33,787 nt of DNA from a virus (Duplodnaviria > Heunggongvirae > Uroviricota > Caudoviricetes), in IMG/VR virus record IMGVR_UViG_3300044630_002233, positions 71,787 to 105,573 of that record; one strand, 5' to 3'. The notes under the pieces are model-generated. The model was given only the letters and a program-made list of their open reading frames with translations, made no database searches and was not told the DNA's origin. The translations under genes were made by a program, and so were the position numbers. Below are positions 29,273 to 33,787 of the stretch, in pieces. How positions within the stretch are numbered: the stretch's first letter is position 1; each line of letters begins with the position of its first letter.

Positions 29273-29872
29273 ATGGCCAAAAAAGAATCTTTTCAAGACC
29301 TGTTTGACCGATTTAGAGTAGATCCTGATATCTCTCGAAAATCTAAAACATGGTTCGAGCAACAAGCACTGCTTTTAAATAAACAGCAGAGATACCTCAC
29401 ACCAAATAAGGTGATGAATAACAACCCAGAAGTGTTAAAGGGTAGGATAATTCCTGGTAAACTCTACATGTTTTTTTACGATCCTAAAACAAAGGATACG
29501 TTACCATACTATGATATGTTCCCTATGGTTTTCCCGTACGCCAAAGTTCCAGGTGGTTTCATGGGATTAAATATGCACTACTTACCATATCAGTTGCGTA
29601 TTAGATTATTAGACAGACTTATGGTTTTCGCTTCAAACACAAAGATGGACGAAACAACAAAAATTAGATATTCTTGGGAGACAATTGCAGGTCTATCAAA
29701 ATTTAATTTGGCTAAACCGTGCATTAAGCACTATCTAGACAATCACGTAAGATCTCAATTCAAACTTGTCCCAGCTGGAGATTGGTCTACGGCAATGATG
29801 CTTCCTGTTGAAAGATTTGCAGGAGCAAATAAACAAGTTGTCTGGGCAGACTCAGTAAGGAAATCAAGATGA
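29273..29872 (+). CDS. gp2: DNA end protector protein gp2
   Basis: PGKLYMFFYDPKTKDTLPYYDMFP, GLNMHYLP, PCIKHYL..HV, W..AMMLP.ERF. Confidence 0.93.
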   Translation: MAKKESFQDLFDRFRVDPDISRKSKTWFEQQALLLNKQQRYLTPNKVMNNNPEVLKGRIIPGKLYMFFYDPKTKDTLPYYDMFPMVFPYAKVPGGFMGLNMHYLPYQLRIRLLDRLMVFASNTKMDETTKIRYSWETIAGLSKFNLAKPCIKHYLDNHVRSQFKLVPAGDWSTAMMLPVERFAGANKQVVWADSVRKSR

Positions 29873-30543
29873 GCACATTAAACGAGTTCATATCTCAAGT
29901 AAAAATGGGTGGTTTACAAAAACCGTCAAAGTATGAGGTTTACATTGGCAGACCAGCTGCTATCTCCAACGGAAAATATCAAAATAACAATGAGTGGAGA
30001 AAAATGTTGTTATTTTGCGAACAGGCAACTCTTCCTGGTATAACATATACTACAACTCAAGCAAGAACTTTTGGTGAGTTTAGAGAAATGCCGTATGAAA
30101 GAATTTTCGATCCACTACAACTAAGTTTCTATTGCGATAGTAAAATGTGGATCAAAGGATTCTTCGATGAATGGATGAATAACATTCAAGACGGAAAGAC
30201 ACGTGTTTTTAACTACTACAACAAATATACAACAGATATTCAAGTCGCTACACTTGACAATGCAGGTAACATTACATATGCAATAAATCTTTATGAGTGT
30301 TATCCGAAATCGATGTCAGCGATTCAGTTAGATTATGGTGCAAAAGATGTTATGAAACTTCAAGTAACAATGCAATATCGTTATTGGAAAAATATTGATT
30401 ACGCTAGATCTCCACAAGCGCAAGCAACGACGAAAATATCTAACCCACCCAGAGCAGCTCGTGTTGCTAATGTTATCGTTCCACAAGATAGACCAGTAAG
30501 AGCAATACCACCAGTTAACCTATCTGATTTTCCTGCTGCATAA
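29869..30543 (+). CDS. gp54: Tail-tube-family baseplate protein, tube initiator gp54
   Basis: GGLQKPSKYEV, CEQATLPG, REMPY, F..WMN.I, YECYPKSMSAIQLDY and VTMQYRYW fit the gp19/gp54 tube fold. The Pro-rich tail and position favour gp54. Confidence 0.8.
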   Translation: MSTLNEFISQVKMGGLQKPSKYEVYIGRPAAISNGKYQNNNEWRKMLLFCEQATLPGITYTTTQARTFGEFREMPYERIFDPLQLSFYCDSKMWIKGFFDEWMNNIQDGKTRVFNYYNKYTTDIQVATLDNAGNITYAINLYECYPKSMSAIQLDYGAKDVMKLQVTMQYRYWKNIDYARSPQAQATTKISNPPRAARVANVIVPQDRPVRAIPPVNLSDFPAA

Positions 30544-30554
30544 TGAGGATATAA

Positions 30555-30974
30555 ATGAAAAGTGATGAACAATTGAACAATGTTTTTGGAATTGATAATG
30601 TTATGACAAAAACAGAAATTATAACAAGAGATGGTGAAGTAATAAAACCAACAGACTCAAAAGTTGAAGACGATTATGAGTTGACGAGAGGTAATATACA
30701 AGCACTACTCAAACAAGGACACGAAGCATTAGCGAATGCCTTGGAGATAGCCAAACAATCTGAACACCCAAGAGCATTTGAAGTTGTTGGGAATTTAATG
30801 AAGCAACTGGTTGATGCCAACCAGCAACTGATGGATCTGCATAAGCAGAAACAAAAACTAGATGAACCTGCTCAAAGTGATAAGGCAAAACAGGTGACTA
30901 ACAACAACGCTATTTTTGTTGGAAGTACTAGTGAGTTGAATAAGTTAATCAAGAATATGACTAAAGGAGAGTAA
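30555..30974 (+). CDS. gp16: Terminase small subunit, gp16-like (139 aa)
   Basis: DDYELTRGNI, EHPRAFEVVGNLMK, NQQLMDLHK and VTNNNAIFVGSTSELNKLIK match the cyanophage-type small terminase pattern. GAGG SD upstream. Confidence 0.8.
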   Translation: MKSDEQLNNVFGIDNVMTKTEIITRDGEVIKPTDSKVEDDYELTRGNIQALLKQGHEALANALEIAKQSEHPRAFEVVGNLMKQLVDANQQLMDLHKQKQKLDEPAQSDKAKQVTNNNAIFVGSTSELNKLIKNMTKGE

Positions 30975-30978
30975 CACT

Positions 30979-31692
30979 ATGGCTTTACCAATTTTACAAA
31001 CACCAATCTACACGATTAAGATTCCATCAACGAATCGTGAAGTAAAGATTAGACCGTTTTTGGTCAGAGAAGAAAAGGCATTATTAATCGCACAACAAAG
31101 TGAGGATATAAATGTCATGGTCAATACACTGAAAGAAATTGTTTCTTCGTGTATTAAAGACAATGTTGATGTAGATAGTCTCTCAGTATTTGACTTAGAG
31201 TATGTCTTTACTCAATTACGTTCTCGTTCCGTTGGCGAATTTGTTGAACTACTATTTTTCTGTGATGAATGTGATGATGATAAAGCAAACACAAAACTGA
31301 CAATCGATATTTCTAAAGTTGGTGTTAAGGGTGTTGAAGATCATGTTAAAAAGATTGCTTTGTACGATGACGTTGGGATTATGATGAAGTATCCAAACAT
31401 AGAAACTCTGATTGCTTTGGAGAAAGTGAAAGAAGGAAATTTTGAAGCAATCTTTGATGTAGTCGCAGACTGTATTGATTATGTGTATACAAAGGACGAG
31501 ATCTTTCATGCGAAAGAACAAACCAAAGAAGAAATATCAGAGTTCTTGAATAGTTTAACGCAAGAACAATTTAAAAAGATTGAAAGATATTTTGAAACAA
31601 TGCCAAAACTTTCACATGATATTACATATGATTGCCCAGTTTGCAAAAAGCACCACGAAAAGGTGTTGGAGGGTGTTGAAAGTTTTTTTTAA
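30979..31692 (+). CDS. gp26: Baseplate hub assembly protein gp26 (short form)
   Basis: MALP...P.Y.IKIPST...KIRPFLVREEKALLIA, FDLEYVFTQLRSRSVGE, MKYP, MPKL.H, two CxxC pairs, C-terminal LEGVESFF. Confidence 0.92.
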   Translation: MALPILQTPIYTIKIPSTNREVKIRPFLVREEKALLIAQQSEDINVMVNTLKEIVSSCIKDNVDVDSLSVFDLEYVFTQLRSRSVGEFVELLFFCDECDDDKANTKLTIDISKVGVKGVEDHVKKIALYDDVGIMMKYPNIETLIALEKVKEGNFEAIFDVVADCIDYVYTKDEIFHAKEQTKEEISEFLNSLTQEQFKKIERYFETMPKLSHDITYDCPVCKKHHEKVLEGVESFF

Positions 31693-31717
31693 TTAATCTC
31701 AGCCATGAGAGTTTGGC
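31668..31717 (+). promoter_or_regulatory. Candidate -1 programmed ribosomal frameshift signal
   Basis: GGAGG at 31668-72; 10-nt spacer; T TTT TTT heptamer at 31683-89 in the gp26 frame, directly before the TAA; 7-nt spacer; stem TCTCA (31697-701)/TGAGA (31706-10) with loop GCCA complementary to TGGC (31714-17). Confidence 0.75.
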
Positions 31718-31868
31718 GAATTTTTACAAAATGAACTTTTCTCTAATGCAGTACCATAAGTATTCCTTGGCTGAGATTGAAAACATGATACCGTTTGAGA
31801 AAGAGATATATGTTGCGATGTTGATTCAATACTTAGAAGAAGAAAAACAAAGACTAGCGAGTAAATAA
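31689..31868 (+). CDS. gp51: gp51-like segment in the -1 frame of gp26 (59-aa extension; an internal ATG at 31731 would give only 45 aa)
   Basis: Read by hand: LINLSHESLANFYKMNFSLMQYHKYSLAEIENMIPFEKEIYVAMLIQYLEEEKQRLASK*. The QYHKYSL.EIENM.P.E..IY motif is that of the small 'gp51' ORFs of cyanophage-type T4-likes. No good SD precedes ATG 31731. Confidence 0.85.
   Translation, partial: LINLSHESLANFYKMNFSLMQYHKYSLAEIENMIPFEKEIYVAMLIQYLEEEKQRLASK
31861..31867 (+). promoter_or_regulatory. Putative late promoter box GTAAATA, 3 nt upstream of the tape-measure-like ATG
   Basis: GTAAATA-AAG-ATG, nearly identical to the gp25 leader TAAATAAAGAT. Confidence 0.4.
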
Positions 31869-31870
31869 AG

Positions 31871-33787
31871 ATGGCAAAATCTAATTTGGCTAAAATAATC
31901 CCATTAAGACCAGGAATGGATGGGTCAGCTGTATCCTCTGAAGAAGCAACAAAGAAGTATAAAGAAGTTGCGGAAAAGGCAGAGAAAAGTGATGACAAAA
32001 TTCTTAAGTCTAATGAAAGACTTTCTACTAATCTAGAAAAATTAGCCAAAGCAATTTCAGTTGGTACAATTAAACCAAACGAAGCGCCAAACTATAAAGA
32101 GGGTGGCACTTGGGATCAACGCACAGTAAAAGACCAAGGAAAAGATTATTTGATGGGTCGCAAAGGTGCTGATGGTAAACGTGATCCATTCGACAAAGAC
32201 TCATTAAAATATAAATTCGGTTCAATAAGAGGGTTGGCAAAGACAATGAATATTGTCGAAGACGACAGCTTTGTTGGCAACCTACTTGGTAGACGTGAAG
32301 ACAAATTAAAACGTGCCGATACTTTAATGAAGATGAATCCTCAAATGAAGAACTTAAAACAGTTCAAAGGGGATGATGAGAAAGTTAGACAGTATTACAT
32401 TAAACAACACGAAGAAGAGTTTGCTCCAGCTCAAGCCAAAGCGCAAGCAGAAAAATATAAGTTAGACTCGATGCTACAAAGTGGCATCAATCCAGATGAA
32501 TTGGCAAAGTCTGTTGGTGGTAAGAGACAAATAAAAGCAGTTGAGACTGCACAAGCCGACGAACTACTAAAAGATAAATTTAGAAAACAAGAAGTCAAGA
32601 GTACCCTTGATGGAATGGCTGCTTCTGTTCCAGGTTCAATGCCATCAAATGTTATACCATTCCCATCTCCATCATCAGGTGGTTCGGGTGGAGGTTTTGG
32701 TAGCGACAAAGAGTCTACTCTAGAAAATAATCGTTTAATGGCTCAACAGAATGAGATGTTGGGTGGTATGAGAGAAAATACTGCTGCCTTCCCGATATAT
32801 TTGGAAGAGTGGCGAGAAGAAACAAAAAGAAAGAAAGAAGCTGATGCTCAACTACTACAAGCTGTTCAAGAAGGTGGTACTGGTGGTGGAGGTGGTGGAC
32901 TTATGGACTTGGCTGGCGACATGCTCGGCAAAGGTAAGGGTAAGTTAGCTGGTGGATTGGCTAAAGCTGGCACTTTAGCAAAAGCTGCTGGTGGCGCACT
33001 CATGAGAAATGCTGGTCCATTGGCAGCTGGTGCTGCAGTGCTTAGTGGTGGTATTACTGCTTACCAAGGTTACAACGAAGCAAGCGATAAAGTAGCCAGA
33101 GGTGAAATAACAAAAGAAGAAGGTACAGTAGCAAAAGGTGGAGCCATCGGCGAAGGTGGTGGTCAAGCAGTTGGTGGCGCAGTAGGTGCGCTTAAAGGTG
33201 CTGCTGTTGGAGCAGCAGTTGGTTCCGTAGTTCCTGTTATTGGTACTGCTATCGGTGGTCTTGTTGGAGCAGCGATAGGTGGTATTGGTGGGTCATATCT
33301 TGGTGGTAAAGCAGGTAAGTTCCTTGGCGAAACTGGTGGTAAAATTAAGAACTGGTTCTCTAGTTCTAACCAAGATAAATCTGGTGCAGAAGCCAAAGTT
33401 CAATCTATGACTGCTACGCCACAAGCGCAGACAGAACCTAAAGTTACGCATGCAACAGCTGCAGGTAAGAAAATAGAAGAAGCGCAAGCAAGATTGGGAA
33501 GAAATGCTGACGGAAGTCAAGGAACTGCTGCTCAGCAACAAGGTGTAAGAGAATATGACAGAGTATATCAAGAAGCAAGATCTAATGGTAAATCTGTTAA
33601 GGAAGCGAGAGAATTAGCAGCGCAAGCCAGAAAGAAAGCTGAAACATCTGCAGCTGGTTCTGGTAACGCAGCTGGTACCCCACCTACAGCTGCAGCTGGC
33701 GCTTCAACTGGTAGTGGATCTGGTAAACCTCCAATTAGTAGCAGTAAAGAAACTAAAGGAATGAGAATTGCTGGTGAGCCATATATC
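31871..33787 (+). CDS. Partial ORF (>639 aa, runs off the window end): probable tape measure protein (gp29 analogue)
   Basis: Read by hand as stop-free from ATG 31871 to the window end. Helical, K/E/A-rich N-terminal half, Gly linkers and a long Gly-zipper hydrophobic tract (~33137-33330). Lies directly after gp26/gp51. Confidence 0.75.
   Translation, partial: MAKSNLAKIIPLRPGMDGSAVSSEEATKKYKEVAEKAEKSDDKILKSNERLSTNLEKLAKAISVGTIKPNEAPNYKEGGTWDQRTVKDQGKDYLMGRKGADGKRDPFDKDSLKYKFGSIRGLAKTMNIVEDDSFVGNLLGRREDKLKRADTLMKMNPQMKNLKQFKGDDEKVRQYYIKQHEEEFAPAQAKAQAEKYKLDSMLQSGINPDELAKSVGGKRQIKAVETAQADELLKDKFRKQEVKSTLDGMAASVPGSMPSNVIPFPSPSSGGSGGGFGSDKESTLENNRLMAQQNEMLGGMRENTAAFPIYLEEWREETKRKKEADAQLLQAVQEGGTGGGGGGLMDLAGDMLGKGKGKLAGGLAKAGTLAKAAGGALMRNAGPLAAGAAVLSGGITAYQGYNEASDKVARGEITKEEGTVAKGGAIGEGGGQAVGGAVGALKGAAVGAAVGSVVPVIGTAIGGLVGAAIGGIGGSYLGGKAGKFLGETGGKIKNWFSSSNQDKSGAEAKVQSMTATPQAQTEPKVTHATAAGKKIEEAQARLGRNADGSQGTAAQQQGVREYDRVYQEARSNGKSVKEARELAAQARKKAETSAAGSGNAAGTPPTAAAGASTGSGSGKPPISSSKETKGMRIAGEPYI

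Noticed and set aside
30544-31114. Exact 14-nt direct repeat TGAGGATATAAATG at 30544-57 (gp16 ribosome-binding site) and 31101-14 (inside gp26), suggesting an internal start
   Set aside because: One or a few 14-mer matches are expected by chance in 34 kb of AT-rich DNA. The repeated ATG is out of frame (MSWSIH*), and the in-frame ATG at 31117 is 11 nt from GAGG. Weak evidence only.
485-33571. The many 60-116-aa ORFs in the track that overlap long genes on the opposite strand or in other frames (e.g. 485-709, 2114-2407, 9261-9602, 15497-15844, 31699-32049, 32431-32709, 33163-33396)
   Set aside because: They lie wholly or mostly within well-supported phage genes, have no recognisable motifs, and are the expected shadow ORFs of a biased codon usage.
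1-33787. Stop-codon reassignment, suggested by near-exclusive TAA stops and no TAG stops
   Set aside because: All conserved genes are full length under the standard code with no in-frame TAG/TGA interruptions. TAA preference is normal at this AT content.
1-33787. tRNA/rRNA genes, CRISPR arrays, introns, inteins, homing endonucleases, DGR template/variable repeats, intrinsic terminators
   Set aside because: Intergenic gaps are at most ~50 nt. By eye I saw no regularly spaced repeats, long duplicated segments, intein/LAGLIDADG/HNH motifs or GC-stem-plus-U-tract terminators. gp4 is TnsA-like but is the standard head-completion gene, not a transposase.

Overview
The window is a contiguous virion-morphogenesis module of a large T4-superfamily myophage of the cyanophage/'far-T4' type, with almost no intergenic space. 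The left ~28.7 kb is on the minus strand, read right to left: gp48, gp53, gp27-like hub, gp5, gp5.1-like, PAAR gp5.4, gp25, gp6, gp7, gp8, a 2237-aa DUF4815/VrlC-like protein, then small adaptor-like and large fibre-like proteins. The right ~5 kb is on the plus strand: gp4, gp2, gp54, a small-terminase-like gene, gp26, a gp51-like frame and a truncated tape-measure-like gene. The ORF track missed three coding segments: a partial ORF at <1-228, the gp51-like frame at 31689-31868, and the partial ORF at 31871->33787. The best lead is an apparent -1 programmed ribosomal frameshift signal at the gp26/gp51-like junction, directly upstream of the tape-measure-like gene: GGAGG, a 10-nt spacer, a U8 slippery run, a 7-nt spacer, then a hairpin or possible pseudoknot. 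This would be a lambda G/GT-style chaperone pair in a T4-like phage. Other leads are a gp5 spike with both a GH19 and a C-terminal M15 peptidoglycan hydrolase, a small terminase gene with no large subunit beside it, NTAAATA late-promoter boxes 3-5 nt from start codons, and two mini-proteins sharing an SIAxxIALG C-terminus. All family assignments come from motif recognition by eye. No database search was run.
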